64,000 nucleotides of DNA from Chiloscyllium plagiosum (lineage: Eukaryota), in assembly GCF_004010195.1 (NCBI RefSeq), contig NC_057718.1:61773318-61837317 (forward strand), written 5' to 3'. The position numbers and the translations under genes are program-made. The notes below the pieces were generated by a model. That model saw only the letters and a program-made list of their open reading frames with translations. It did not search any database and was not told the DNA's origin. Of this stretch, positions 37,471 to 51,384 are shown in pieces (position 1 is the stretch's first letter; each line of letters starts with the position of its first letter).

Positions 37471-39468
37471 CACTGTTGTAAAAGTATTGGAATCAATTAT
37501 TGAGGAAGTAATAGCAGAACATTTGGAAAATTATCATCTAATCAAGCAGAGTCAGCATGGCTTTATGAAAGGGAAGTTGTGTCTGAGTAATTTATTAGAG
37601 TTTTTCAGTAAGTCTCAACCAGAGACGATAATGGGGAACCAGCAAATGTATTGTATTTGGACTTTCAGAATGCATTTGACAAGGTACCTCACAAAAGGTT
37701 AAGTCATAAGATAAGCGCCCATGGTGTTGGAGGGAGTATATTGCATAGATGGAGAATTGACTTATGTGTAGGAAACAGTGATGAGGAAAAGGGATTCTTT
37801 TTGGTTTGACAATCTGTGAGTAGTGGAGTTTTATAGGGATCAGTGCTGGGACCATAACTATTTACAAAGTATATTCATGACTTGGAGGAAGGAAGTGAAT
37901 GTACTGTAGCCAAATTTGCAGACAACACGAACATGGGTGAAAAGGCAAGTTGCAAGAGGGACACCAAACACTTTACAGAGAGATACTGGTAGGTGAAATA
38001 AGTGGGAAAAAAATTGACGAATGGATCATTGTTATGAAGATGTGGGTGTACTGTACCTTTAAGAGAGTTAAAAGAACTTACTGGCAGTATCAAGTGTTCT
38101 GAATAAGATGCAATGTAACATGTGCTTCAGCAGCTAGAGTAACTGGTTTGCTGGAGACAAAAAAAAACAAACTCCAATCAAGTTAGAATTTAGTATATTG
38201 ACAATATTAAAAGCCAATGACACAATCCAATGCTTTGGGAGTATTAGACCGGGGAAAATTGAACAGTTGGGAGAGAACTGCCAAAAGACCAACAGGTGTA
38301 GACTGCTAGTCAGAGCTGTCTGAGAGGCATCCGTCTAGAGAAGGAGTTTGCACAGAGAGAAAACATCAACACTGACCTGGAGAGCAACTCGGCAAAGGAA
38401 GATAAAGAGATTTGACCGCTGGCAGGTTTTAAAATTTGAATTTTTCAGTAAATCTTAATTGGGGGTTTTATCAGATTAGTATTATAGAAGGGAAAATAAA
38501 AGATAGGTTAGAGGAAAGAGTTGTAAATACTTGTTAGTTAATTATTCACTGCCATACTTTATCTCTTAAAGTAGTTAATTTTTACTTTAAATAGTTCTTC
38601 GCCTCTCGAATTTTCAGATTACTGCACAGGATAAATCTTTTCTGTGTTGCTGGTTTAAATTAAGCAGGAGGGTTTACCCCATGTCGTAACAATCAAGGTG
38701 TTAAAATGTGAAGTTGTTCAGTTTGGAAGGAAGAACCAAAGAACAACATTATTTAAGTAGAGAAAAACAGCAGAAATCTGTGATGCAAAGGGACTTGGGG
38801 ATACTTGTTCATGAAACACAAAGCTAGCACACATGTGCAGCCGGTAATCAGGAATATTGGCCCTTATTTCAAGGATGTTGCAGTACGGGGTAGGGAAACC
38901 TTACTGCAACTGCTCGAGGTGCTGGTGAGGACCATGTCTAGAGTACTGCACTACAGTTTTAGCGTCCTTATTTAAGGAAAGACATTAATTCATTGAAGGC
39001 AGTTGAGAGAAAGTTCACAAGGACGATCCCTCGAATGGCGGGGCTGTCCTGTAAGTAAAGAATGAAAAGGTTGGGATTCTATTCACTGGAGTTTAGAAGA
39101 ATGAGAGGTAATCTTATTGAGACATATAGGATTCTTAAGGGACTTGACAGGGTCAATGCTGAGAGGATTGTCCCATCATGGGAGAGTCTAGGACCAGACG
39201 GCATAGTCTCAGAATAAAGGGGCACCAATTTAAGACTGAGATGAGCTGGAATTTCTTCTCTCAGAGTGCTGAAAATCTTTGGAGCTCCTTACCACAGAGA
39301 GCCTGTGGGGGCATATGTATATATTTTTGTAGACTTAAGGCTGAGATAGACTCTTAATCAGTAGGAGAAAGGGCAGGAAAGTGAATGTGAAGAATATCAG
39401 ATCAGCCATGATCAGAGGAATATCAGATTAGCCAGTGGCCTATTCCTGTTCTTATTTCTTATGGCTTT
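37471..39468 (+). mobile_element. CR1 LINE of another subfamily, split by a solo LTR
   Basis: ESIIEEVIAEHLENYHLIKQSQHGFMKGKLCLSNLLEFF; RT resumes after 38691; tail ttcttatttcttatgg. Confidence 0.9.
38030..38691. mobile_element. Solo LTR
   Basis: TG...CA termini with short inverted ends (tgttatga / tcgtaaca), TSD-like atcat / atcaa, inserted within the CR1 RT. Confidence 0.75.
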
Positions 39469-39964
39469 ATGTCTATTGTTTTATTCTATTTTACTTCAGA
39501 TAGATTTTTTTTCCTCCCTCTTCCATTATTTTGTAATATATATTACTAAATTGATTCCAAGGTTGCCATCAGCCCTTCCTTCCTCATGGCCAAGAGACTC
39601 CTCTGTATGTCACCACCAAGAGTAACTGTTGGCAAGGCATTCAACTGTGGGATGCATCACTATGGACAGAGGTGATTCTCATCTAAAATCTACAAAGAAA
39701 CATTTTCAGCAGAAGCACTGGGGGTGGGGGGGGGGTGGGGGGCGTTGCAGACAGGATAACCATTTTTACTTTAATATCATTTTCACTTACTTAAAACCAG
39801 ATGATCAGTGATGAACTGGACAATCGCACTCTATTTATCTTTTGTGATAAACCCATCACATTACATTTATCAAATTAAATTAGGTATCACCCTTAATTAC
39901 ATAATGGGTTGCAGTTAAATACAAGGGAAATATAAAACAATTATGCAGTAAAACACTACCCAAT

Positions 39965-40619
39965 GGATAGGATAGGATAGTAAAGGTGGTGTTTGGTATG
40001 CATTCCTTTATTGGTCAGAGCATTGAGTATGGAAGTGGAGAAGTCATGTTAGCGCTGTACAGTTAAACCACTTTTGGAATATTGTATGCAATGCTGGTTT
40101 CCCTCCTATAGGGAGGATGTTGTGAAACTTGAAAGGGTTCAGAAAAGATTTGTAAGGATGTTACAAGGGTTGGAGGGTTTGAACTATAGGGAGAGGCTGG
40201 ATAGGCTATGGCTGTTTTCCCTGGAGTATCAGAGGCTGAAGGGTGTCCATGTAGAGGTATACAAAATCATAAGGGGCATGGATAGAGTAAATGCATAGGC
40301 TCTTTTTCCTGGATTGGGGGAGTCCAGAACTAGAACGCATAGGCTTAGGGTGAGGAGGAAAGATATAAAAGGTACCTAAAGGACAGTTTTTTCACGCAGA
40401 GGATGGTGTGTTTATGGAATGAGCTGCCAGAGGCTGGTACAACAGCTTTTAGATTACAACATTTAAAAAGGCATCTGGGTGGGTATATGAATAGGAATGG
40501 TTTAGCAGGATATGGGCCAAATGCTGACAAATGGGACTAGATTGAACTAGGTCGGCATGGACGAGTTGGACTTGAGGGTTTGTTTCCATGCTGTACATCT
40601 CCATGACTCTATGACTCTA
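39965..40619 (+). mobile_element. CR1 LINE 3' fragment
   Basis: LEYCMQCWFPSYREDVVKLERVQKRF...; tail atgactctatgactcta. Confidence 0.92.
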
Positions 40620-41580
40620 CTTGTGCTTGTTCATTGAAGATTTCATATTTGTGATTATGCAAATGCATTTGAATGGAAACTTGAACAATAACTTCAGTTT
40701 GGAAATTTGTGCCCAGATTTCTGGCACAGATGTCTAATTTCCTTTCTTGGAGCTGGAAAGGAAAATTCAGCAGCAAAGGGCAGCCTGAGTCAGAGCTCAC
40801 CTCACCATGTCTCAATGCTGCACCCAGACTGCAAATTTTATTGCTCAAGTCAGGCAATGTCAGGATGGTCATTTGACTGAGAATTAAAAGGCCTAATGCC
40901 TTTGAATTCCCAATCCTGCATACTTTGAAAACAGCATATCTATCTTGGAAGGCACTTCTAATGCTCTGTCCCTGCAATGTCATCAAGGTACAATAATATT
41001 ACCAAATGCATACATAAATGGCTCAGGCATTGACTTTATGAGGTTTACTTTCCTCCATATCGTACTAATACCATTACATGAAAGTCTTGTCTAATCTTAT
41101 GCCAGCCATTTAAGACCATTCAGTAAAATAGTGCCTAAACATGTAGGTTATTTTTTAAAATCACAATACAACTGTAAAAATAGTTGGAGAACTATTAAAA
41201 GGTGCAACAAGTTAGATTGTGATTTTTTTTTTAATAGTGATTACTCTTCCATTTATTCCAGTTCAAACAGTTCAATGAATTGCATTATCCATGAAACAGA
41301 CAGTGATACTCCAAATGTTGCCATTTTTTAAGACAGTTGCTGCAGAAAATTTGGGCTTATCAGAAAAATTCAGCATCTCTGGTAATGTATAAATATTTAA
41401 ACTGAAAAAGCAAGTAGACTTTAAAGAGCTATCAGATACTGACTATTTTATTTATCAAGCTCAAAATGGATTTTAGAACATGCAGAATTTCATACTTACA
41501 AATTAAGTTTGAAATCTTTAAGAGTTCCACCTACTGCTCAGTTTAAATTACATGTTATTTTTAAATTGCTGCATACTACT

Positions 41581-44500
41581 GAGTCATAGAGATGTACAGC
41601 ACGGAAACAGACCCTTCAGTCTAACCTGTCCATGTCAACCAGATATCCCAACCCATTCTAGTCCCACCTGCCACCACCTTGCCCATATCCCTCCAAACCC
41701 TTCCTATTCATATACATATCCAGACTCCTTTTAAATGTTGCAATTGGACTAGCCTTCACCACTTCCTCTGGCAGCTCATTCCATACACGTACCACCCTGT
41801 GTGTGAAAACGTTGGCCCTTAGGTCTCTTTTATATCTTTCCCCTCTCACCCTAAACCTATGCCCTCTAGTTCTGGACTCCCCACCCCAGGGAAGAGACTT
41901 TGTCTATTTATCCTATCCATGCCCCTCAGGATTTTATAAACTCTATAAGATCACCCCTCAGCCTCTGATGCTCCAGAGAACACAGCCCCAGCCTTTTCAA
42001 CCTCTTCCTATAGCTCAAATCCTCCAACACTGCCAACATGCTTGTAAATCTTTTCTGAGCCTTTTCAAGTTTCACAACATCTTTCCGATCAGAAGGAGAC
42101 CAGAATTGCACGCAATATTCCAAAAGTGGCCTAACCAATGTCTTGTACAGCCGCAACATGACCTCCCAACTCCTGTACTCAATACTCTGACCAATAAAGG
42201 AAAGCATGCCAAACGCCTTCTTCACTATCCTATCTACCTGCAATTCCACTTTCAAGGAGCTATGAGCCTGCACTCCAAGGTCTCTTTGTTCAGCACCACT
42301 CCCTAGGACCTTACCATTAAGTGTATAAGTCCTACTAAGATTTGTTTCCCAAAATGCAGCACCTCGCATTTATCTAAATTGAACTCCATCTGCCACTTCT
42401 CAGCCCATTGGCCTATCTGATCAACATTCCATTGTAATCTGAGGTAACCTTCTTCGCTGTCCACTACACCTCCAATTTTGATGTCTTCTGCAAACTTACT
42501 AATTATACCTCTTATGCACACATCCAAATCATTTATATAAATGACAAAAGGTCCAGCACCGATCCTTATGGCACTCCACTGGTCACAAGGCTCCAGACTG
42601 AAAAACAACCCTCCACCACCACCACCTTCTGTTTTCTACCTTTGAGCCAGTTCTGTATCCAAATGGCTAGTTCTCCTTGTAGTCCATGATATCTAACCTT
42701 GCTAACCAGTCTCCCATGGGAGTTTTGTCGAACGCCTTACTGAAGTCCACAAGATCACATCCACCACTCTGCCCTCATCAATCCTCTTTGTTACTTCTTC
42801 AAAAAACTCAATCAAGTTTGAGAGACATGATTTCCCACACACAAAGCCATATTGACTATCCCGAATCAGTCCTTGCATTTTCAAATACATGTACATCCTG
42901 TCCCTCAGGATTCCCTCCAACAGCTTGCCCACCACCGACGTCAGGCTCACTGGTCTAGAGTTCCCTGGCTTGTCCTTACCACCCTTCTTAAACACTGGCA
43001 CCTCATTAGCCAACCTCCAGTCTTCTGGCACCTCACCTGTGACTATTGTTGGTACAAATATCTCAGCAATCACTTCCTTAGCTTTCCAGAGTTCTAGGGT
43101 ACACCTCATTAGGTCCTGAGGATTTATCCATTTTTATGTGTTTCAAGACATTCAGCACTTCCTCCTCTGAAATATGAACATTTTTCATGATGTCACCATC
43201 TATTTTCTTACATTCTTCAATGTCCTTTTCCACAGTAAACACTGATACAAAATACTTATTTAGTATCTCCCCCATCTCCAGTGGCTCCACACAAAGGCCG
43301 CCTTGCTGATCTTTGAGGGACCCTATTCTCTCTCTAGTTACCCTTTTGTCCTTAACGTATTTGTAAAAACCCTTTTGATTCTCCTTAATTCTATTTGCCA
43401 AAGCTATGTCGTTCCCCTTTTGCCCTCCTCATTTCCCTCTTAAGTATACTCCTACTGCCTTTCTCCTCTAAGGATTCATTCAATCTATCTTGTCTATACC
43501 TGATACATGCTTCCTTCTTTTTCTTAACCAACCCTCAATTTCTTTAGTCATTCAGCATTCCCTATATCTACCAGCCTTTCCTTCCACCCTAACAGGAATA
43601 TACTGTTTCTGGACTCTTGTTATCTCATTTCTGAAGGCTTTCCATTTTTCACCAATCCCTTTACCTGCGAACATCTGCCCCAACCAGCTTTTGAAAGTTC
43701 TTGCCTAATACCGTCAAAATTAGCCTTCCTCCAATATCGAACTTCAACTTTTAGATCTGGTCTATCCTTTTCCATCCCCTTCCAATTTAGGTGCAATAGG
43801 TCCTTCTTGTACAGGTCACTTCTACTCAGAAGAGATTTCAACAATCCAAAAATGTGAGTATTTCTCCCAAACACCTGCTCCTCAGCCATGCATTCATCTG
43901 CTTTAACCTCCTATTCCTACCCTCACTAGCTCGCAGTTCGGTTTGTAGTACATTTCCCTGAGAATCCATCACCCCCTAATTTTCCAAAACAGCATACCTG
44001 ATTGAAATGGGAATAGCCACAGAACACCCCTGCACTACCTGCCTACCTCTCTTACCTTTCCTGGAGTTAACCCATCTATGTGACTGTATCTGCAATTTTT
44101 CTCCCTTCCCATAACTGCCATCCATCACATCCCCTTCCTCTTGTAAATCCCTCATTGCCTCTAACTGTCTCTCCAACAGATCCATTCGATCTGATAGGAT
44201 TCGCAACCAATGGCATTTATTGCTCAGCAACAAAGTCTCCCTAAACTCCCACATCTGATAAGAAGAGCATATCGCTCTATTAAAGGCCATTTTTTGCATC
44301 CTTCAATTTACAAACAGAAAATAGCGCTGTCTTATTCATCTATAAAATACTGCTACAGGCTAACTTAATACTTAAGGCTTATATTTTTAATCAAGAGACA
44401 TATCTCAATAAAACATATAATCACGAAAGAACCCACTCTACTCACTACTGCAAACTTACTGTAAAGCCACACTTAAAAATATTCACTTATCTGTTTCTGT

Positions 44501-44895
44501 GCTATGACCTCTCCCAAACCAGTTCCTCCAAGATTAGTTGTGAATTTCACGGTTTGTTAGTTATCCCAGATGCACTCTGATATCCAGTGATACATGAATT
44601 CAAACAGCAAAGTTAGTAACAGCACAGGTTCACTGCTGTGTCAGTTAACAGTGTGGGTTTCTTTCTCTCTCTCTCCTGCACTGACCTCACTACATGCTGC
44701 CTTTGTCTGTACCTCTCCCTTTTAAAAGTGCTGTTGTTTTGACTTTTGTTTCCTCCAAAGTTCCAAAACAATGCAGGAGCAAATAAATCAGTATTTGCTG
44801 CTCCGAGAATTTGAGGAAATCACTTCCAACACCTAAATTATCTCAAAAAAGGAGCAGCCTATTACAGCCAGAAATTTTTCCTGTCCTCCATCTTA
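41581..44895 (-). mobile_element. Internally deleted near-full-length CR1 LINE
   Basis: 5'UTR; ORF1 remnants (ICSSYQMWE...LLERQLEAMR; esterase-like LYKKDLLHLNWKG); ORF2 (WRKANFDGIR, PEDWRLANEVPVFKKG, YINDLD, SKFAEDIKIGG, LVRPLLEYCVQFWSP); tail tctatgactc. Confidence 0.92.
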
Positions 44896-44994
44896 TATTA
44901 CCAAATTAATCTTACAAAAGAAGATTGCTCCAAAGCTAGTTAATGTGGGTGTAAATCACTCCTGAGAAGTATGAAACCAAAATAAAAAATAAGG

Positions 44995-46375
44995 ACACGG
45001 GAAATCTGAAATAAAAACTGGGAAGTGTTGAAGAACTCAGCAGGTGTGGCAGCATCTTTGGAGAGAGAGAGAGACAGATTTAAGGTTTCAAGTCTGATAT
45101 GACTTTTATTCAAAACTGAAAGTGGTTGGCAAATTGTGTTTTTTTTTTAATGCTCTAGATAGAGGAGAAGTGAATGAATTAGATTAGATTAGATTACTTA
45201 CAGTGTGGAAACAGGCCCTTCGGCCCAACCAACCCTCCGAAGAGCAACCCATACAGACCCATTCCCCTCCATTTATCCCTTCACCTAACACTACAGGCAA
45301 TTTAGCATGGCCAATTCACCTAACCGGCACATTTTTGGACTGTGAGAGGAAACCGGAGGACCGGGAGGAAACCCACGCACACAAAGGGAGCATTAAAAGG
45401 TGATATGGGGAGATGTAAAATGAGTGCAAAATAATAGGTGTCACGAGGAGAAAATGGATCTGCTCTGGTCAAAGCAAGGTTCACAAAACATAGCTGAGGT
45501 GTGTAGGATGATGTGATCACAGAATGTATGACAATTTCCCATTCACATTCTGCTTCCTCACTATCCAAGGCCAAACACACCTTCCAGGTGAAGCAGCATT
45601 TTACTTGTGCTTCTTTCAATCCAGGCAATTGTATTCACTGCTTTTAATGAGATGCCCTTTATGTTGGTTAGACCAAATGCAGACTGGATATCATTTCTGT
45701 TTGTACATAGAAGCAACCCTGACCTTCCAGCTGATTTCCATTTCAATAAGTTACTTGCTCAGGTCTGTTCAAGTGATCCAATAAAGATCAACAGAACCTG
45801 GAAGAATAACACCTCATAAGTACATTATAGCCTGTAGGACTCACTACTGAATTCCCCAACTTCAGAGCATGACCTCTGTTCACCATTTTTCTTGCATCCT
45901 CCATCACATTGCTCAGCTCCAGCCATGTCTTGTTAGTACCGTGGTCACTTTGCTCTCAGCAGAACAGACCCATTTTCTCCTTTTCATAAAAATCAAAAGA
46001 ACTGCAGATGTTAGAAAACAAAAACAAAATCATAGATTGCTGTAAGAACTGAGCAGTCAGGTAGTATTCTGTGGAGAGAAAGCAGAGTTTACATTTTGGG
46101 TCCAGTGTTCGGGTCAGAATTTCTCCCTTTCACACCTTCATTCACACATACTTTACATCTCTATCCCTCCTTTATCAATATTAGCAATCCCTTTGTCTTT
46201 GCACCGTCCCAATCTGTTTCCATTCACTCCTCCCCTTCTGTCCAAATAAAAACATTTTCTAACTGCTTCAGTTCTAAAGGAGAGTCATATCAGACTCAAA
46301 ACATTAACTCTGTTTCTTTGTTCAAGAGGTTGCTAAATCTGCTGAGTTTCTCCAATACTTTCTTGTTATTTAAGA
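44995..46375 (+). mobile_element. Penelope-like element with GIY-YIG remnant and inverted terminal repeats
   Basis: HTFQVKQHFTCASF...LYVG*TKCRL at about 45575-45690; terminal repeat copies at 44995-45118 (-), 45990-46110 (-) and 46270-46372 (+). Confidence 0.75.
45178..45385 (-). mobile_element. HE1-like SINE, 5'-truncated
   Basis: (attag)n tail and body matching 23539-23745. Confidence 0.88.
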
Positions 46376-48869
46376 CGGACTCCATTTAACTTCTCTCAAC
46401 ATGTACTGACATAATGCTTAGGATTTGAATTTGTGATACTACCTGTTTTGATGTATAATTTTTAAAGTATCAATTCTACTGAGGTTTTGTTTGAAACTTA
46501 ATGAGGCTACTTTAGCTCCAAAGCATCCAATTGCAGCAAGATGAAGGGACTGGAGTGTTACTGCTTTAAGCTAGATTTACAATTAAACCTAAAAGCTACC
46601 ATCCAAAATGTTGAAACCAGAATGCAATATGGCCTAACTGATAAAATTATTTTCATGAATAGCATATCCAAACTATTTTCCTCATTAATATTTCACAAAA
46701 AGCTCAAGTTTTAGTTGGAAAGCAATGATAAGTAATGAAGAACCACTGAAATGCATGATTAAATGATAAAGAAATGTTTTCACGGTTTATATTTCCTTTT
46801 GCATATTTTTCAACTATTTTAACATTAAAGCATTAATAAAAAGTCTACAAAGAAATTACATCTTTTCCTTTTAAAACAAAAATTTAGAACAGTAAAGATT
46901 GCAGCTAGTAATCACTAAAATACTTAATTTTGCCACCAAAACTGAAACCATGTAATTTTTATTAATCAGGGATAACAATGGAACTGGCAAAAGTAAAATA
47001 TCACATATATAATATATTGTCCACGTTCATAGTTTTCCAGTCCAAAATGACAAATATGTCAAGAAAGTGGGATCAGAGGACACAAACAAAAATGAATGAA
47101 ATCGATGAAACAATCTATCAATGAATGTGAGATGGAAAACCATTAGAACCCTCTTTAAGTAAAATTAATGTGGAAACTCAAGAGCCAAACTGTCTTTTGT
47201 TTTTGTCCTTGACTTTTCTGGCTTTTTTTTCCCAAAAAATGATCAATGGCTAACAATAAGATACATAGCAAAGATTCAATCAAACTGTTCTGAAGTTCAG
47301 TCCAACCAAGTGTCAACCACATGTGTCAATCACTTATTTATATTTAAAATTCTAACTCACGTTGATGTATGTCAGTCTTGTAAACAAACAATTCCATACA
47401 TCTAAATGGGCTTTCAAGTCATGTCTCTCTCACTGTTCATAAATGCCACTCCTAACATTCACTCAGTGTTGACAACTCAAACAGATTTCTGAGCATCAGC
47501 AGAATTGAGACTGAATTATTACCTTATATTTTACTGTCAAATATTTGTCATTCTCTCTCAAGTTTACTTAAGACATAGGTGAAAGGCAATAAAGAGGAGG
47601 ATGAAAGAATAGCTTCAGTTTCTACAGCACATTATAGTTACATGGGGAACAATACCAGTTGGATGACAATTAGTTTGCATGATGCCCCCATGGATGAATT
47701 GCCTCTTCTCACCGTGCCTTTATGGAGAATCAGAGAAAACAAAGACCAGATGCTCAATAACATGTGATGGGATGAATGGCCTAGAATTGGACTACTGGCC
47801 CTTCCTTTACTCAATGTTACCAGATGAATGTGGAAGAAAGGTATATATAAAAAGATCATTTATTAAAGCGTTAATACAAAATCCATTCTAAAAACTAATA
47901 GAAAAACTAACAGTAGGTTATCAGTCTGTCTCTCACACTATGCAGCTTATGTTGCAATTCTGTGATTGATCACATATTTGATTTTATTACAATCAGCTGC
48001 ACAAAATAAATTTTGACTTTCTCTCAAATATTAAGGAAACAATCAAGCAATTAGAGCAACGTTCGACATTCTGGAGCACTGTCACGGATCACCTGTTTGA
48101 TTGAGATGGGCAGCCCATCAACCAATAGAATAATCAGTTCCTCCTCAGTAAATGTAGTCCTTCCTAGATACATAAAACTCATTGAGATTAGTCAGTTTTC
48201 TTAAGATTTCCCAAGTTCCTCATTCCAGACTCATCTGGGCAACTTGATTCTGACAATGAGAGCCCTTGTCTTTCTCCAGTACATAAACATCCCTTCTTGA
48301 TGGCATTTAAGATATTCATCTGGGAATAATATTCATCTAGCAATAATTAATTGGCTTGTTAATCCAGAAAAATAAGGTTATCGATCAATATTGTTCCTAA
48401 TTTAGGCAAGTAAGTACTAAACAGTTTATTTTATTTAGAAAGAATTGAACTTTGGCAGGCTGATTCTAACAGCTTACTAACAGAAGTATTTTAACAAAAT
48501 TGTGGGCCAAATTGGAAAACAACTTCACTGGAACTACCAAACAAATTAAATGGTATGCTTTGAATATTGTTGAGTAATGATATGGATAGCTAAGTAACTA
48601 TAATTTATTCACTTTGGAGATAAATAAAATGCACAAATGAGAATTGTAGTCTTGGCTCCTTAGCACCTTTTTGACTATCTTTTCCTCTCATTTTTGTCTC
48701 CTACTGTAATCCATTCACAGCCTCAACAGAAAGTGCAGGCAAGTTCCAGCCAAGTCTTGTCCTGTCCTCATAGATATGTTCAGTAAGGATCATTGTGATC
48801 TAGAGTAGGAACCTTGTCTAATATGCCTTTCTCTAATCTATTGATGCTACAGCCTTTTCTCATGCCATC

Positions 48870-49270
48870 GCATTGAAGGTGGTGCAGCAAAGATCCACTT
48901 GACTGGTTCCTATGATGAGGAACTGAGTAACCTGGACCAATAGTCTCTCGTGTTCAGGAAAATGAGATGTAATCTCATTAAAACATACAAGACTCTAAAG
49001 GGGCTTGGCTGAATAGACACAGAAGAATTTCCCTGGCTGGGAAATCTAATACATGGAGCAGAGTCTCGGGTTAATGGGACAATCATTTAAGTTAAAGATG
49101 AGGAGAAATATCTTCATGTAAAGTATCATGAACGTTTGGCACTCTTTACCCCAGAGGATTGTGATTATCCCATTGTTAAATATGTTTAAGCCTGGAAGAG
49201 ATTTTTGGTCTCTCAGAACATCAAAGATTCAGGGAGCAGGCAGTAAAGTGGGGTGAGACAGATCAACTAT
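48870..49270 (+). mobile_element. Old CR1 3' fragment
   Basis: gcattgaaggtggtgcagcaaagatccacttgactggttcct...aatgagatgtaatctcattaaaacatacaag. Confidence 0.75.
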
Positions 49271-50854
49271 GAGAATGTGATCACTTATGTTGCTGTCCAA
49301 GGTCAGTCAACTTGGAAATTACTGGAGATAAATGCTGGAGCCATCCTACATCATTTAGTTCCAAGACTGAAATATTATCTCTTCATTCAAACCAAGCAAC
49401 AATTTTAAAATATAGAATCAACTATTTTATCACAACTGGTCTCCATGCAGTGCAAAGAAACCTGGGGTAAGTTTAGGTTGCAGCAATTGTAATGAGATCA
49501 GCCAGGTGGACCTTATAGAATTTGAGTTTCCTGATTGGCCTAGGTTAATAGTCCAAGAGAGCCCTTGCTGACAGCTTTAGTGCTGACATGTGATGCTTCC
49601 CCATATAGTAGCGGGATAGCGTTGGCTCACAGATGCTTCCTTAACTTTGGTTGATGCAGAGTGCAAATATGTCCAGATAGAGATGGAAGGTTTGGCAGTC
49701 ATCTTTGGTATGAGGAAGTTCCACCAATACCTTTATGCACATAAATTTGTAATAGTAATGGACCACAAACCTCTCTTAGGGCTACTCAAAGAGGAAACGC
49801 CATGCCACCTATACCTTCGGATCAAATTCAGCAGTGGGCTCTCATCTGAAGCACATGCAATTACAAGTTGGAACACTGTCCGGGAGGCCAAGTAGTAAAC
49901 GAAGATGCCTTGAGCCACCTCCCACTGGCAAATACATCAGCAGTGATGCTGCCATTGGAAGAATCCATTCTGTTTTTAAACTTTCTGGACACCCTTCCAG
50001 TCACCACTGACAATATCAGACTGTGGATGCAAAAAGATCTGGTCCTGGCAAAACTAAAACAGCCGGTGGTGATGGGGGCAACAAAAGGGACATCACAACC
50101 AGAATTGAAACCTTTCTGGAACTGGCTAGACCAGGTCACCATACAGGACAGCATTTTATTAGGGAGAGCAAGAGTGATTCCACCAGTGTCATCTAGGGGT
50201 GTCCAAACTGAAGATGCTGGCGAGAGGTTATGTATGGTTGCCAGGATTAGATGTAGACATAGCCAATTTGGTGGAGCAGTGCCCAGAGTGCCAACAAAGA
50301 CAAATTACCACCAGCAATTCCCCCACATTTGTAGAAATGGCTCGGTAAACACTGGACTGAGATATACATCAACTCTTTCATGGGCTGAATATTTTTAATC
50401 ATTTGATGCCCGAAGGTGCTTGGACATGCACAGAGTTCATTTGTCAAACAGTGGGATGATGACAGAAAAGCTCTGAGCAACAGACAACTGGCCATCATTT
50501 ACCAGCAAGGAATTTGAGTGCTTCTTAAAGTCAAACAGCATTTGGCATATAAGAACACCTCCATACCATCCTCGTCCAATGGTCTGGTGGAAAGAGCAGT
50601 CCAAACTTTAGAGACAAGCTTAAAGGAACAGCCTATAACTTCATTTGATACCAAACTGACCTGGTTCCTGTTTGACACAAGATTCCTCAAGCAAGAAAAG
50701 CAGTTTCCTTCAAGGGATGACGTTTGGTGCTTAAACCATGAAAATGGCCTTACATGGGTAAAAAGCATGATCAACGTGAGGTCAGGTCCCATGATGTACA
50801 AAGTTTAGGTAAAAATCACACATCAGGTTATAGTTCAACAGGTTTATTTGGAAG

Positions 50855-50889
50855 TACTAACTTTCAGAGTGCTGCTCCTTCATCAGGTA
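50855..50889 (-). ncRNA. Minimal type I hammerhead ribozyme motif with intact core
   Basis: uac-CUGAUGA-A-GGAG(CAGCA)CUCU-GAAA-G-UUA-gua. Confidence 0.6.
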
Positions 50890-51034
50890 GCTGTGGAGCA
50901 GATCACAAGACACAGAATTTACAGCAAAAGATTACAAAGTCATGCAACTGAAACGATATATTGAACAAACCTAAATTGCTTTTAAGTCTGGCCCACAGCT
51001 ACCTGATGAAGGAGCAGCACTCCTAAGGCTAGTA

Positions 51035-51384
51035 CGGGAACACAATCCTTTAACCGAAACACTCAGGACCAGCTGGTTTTCAGAATTTTTCGAATTTCAA
51101 AATAAGTGACAGTTCAACAGTGAAATTTTAAAAATATCTTACTGAGCAGCAGACTCGCTGTGAGTAATGGGCCCTGAAACAGAATTGAGGCCTGCCACTG
51201 CTACGCCATGCCCATACCCCCACCTCCCCATGTCACATCTGAGTGACACGCATTGAGTGGGTGTGGACTTGGGTTAACTGTTTGCACGCCAAACAACCTT
51301 GTTAATGAGATAAAACGTTCACAAAAAACCTTCAGATTTTGCAGCTTTTCAGATTTCGGGATTTCGGATAAAGGGTTGTATTTG
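51035..51384. mobile_element. Tigger/pogo-like MITE
   Basis: TIRs cgggaacacaatcctttaaccgaaa / tttcggataaagggttgtatttg, TA duplication at 51033-51034 and 51385-51386. Confidence 0.85.

Noticed and set aside
39719..39743. G-run able to form a G-quadruplex (also 57928-57952)
   Set aside because: Simple low-complexity tract with no supporting context.
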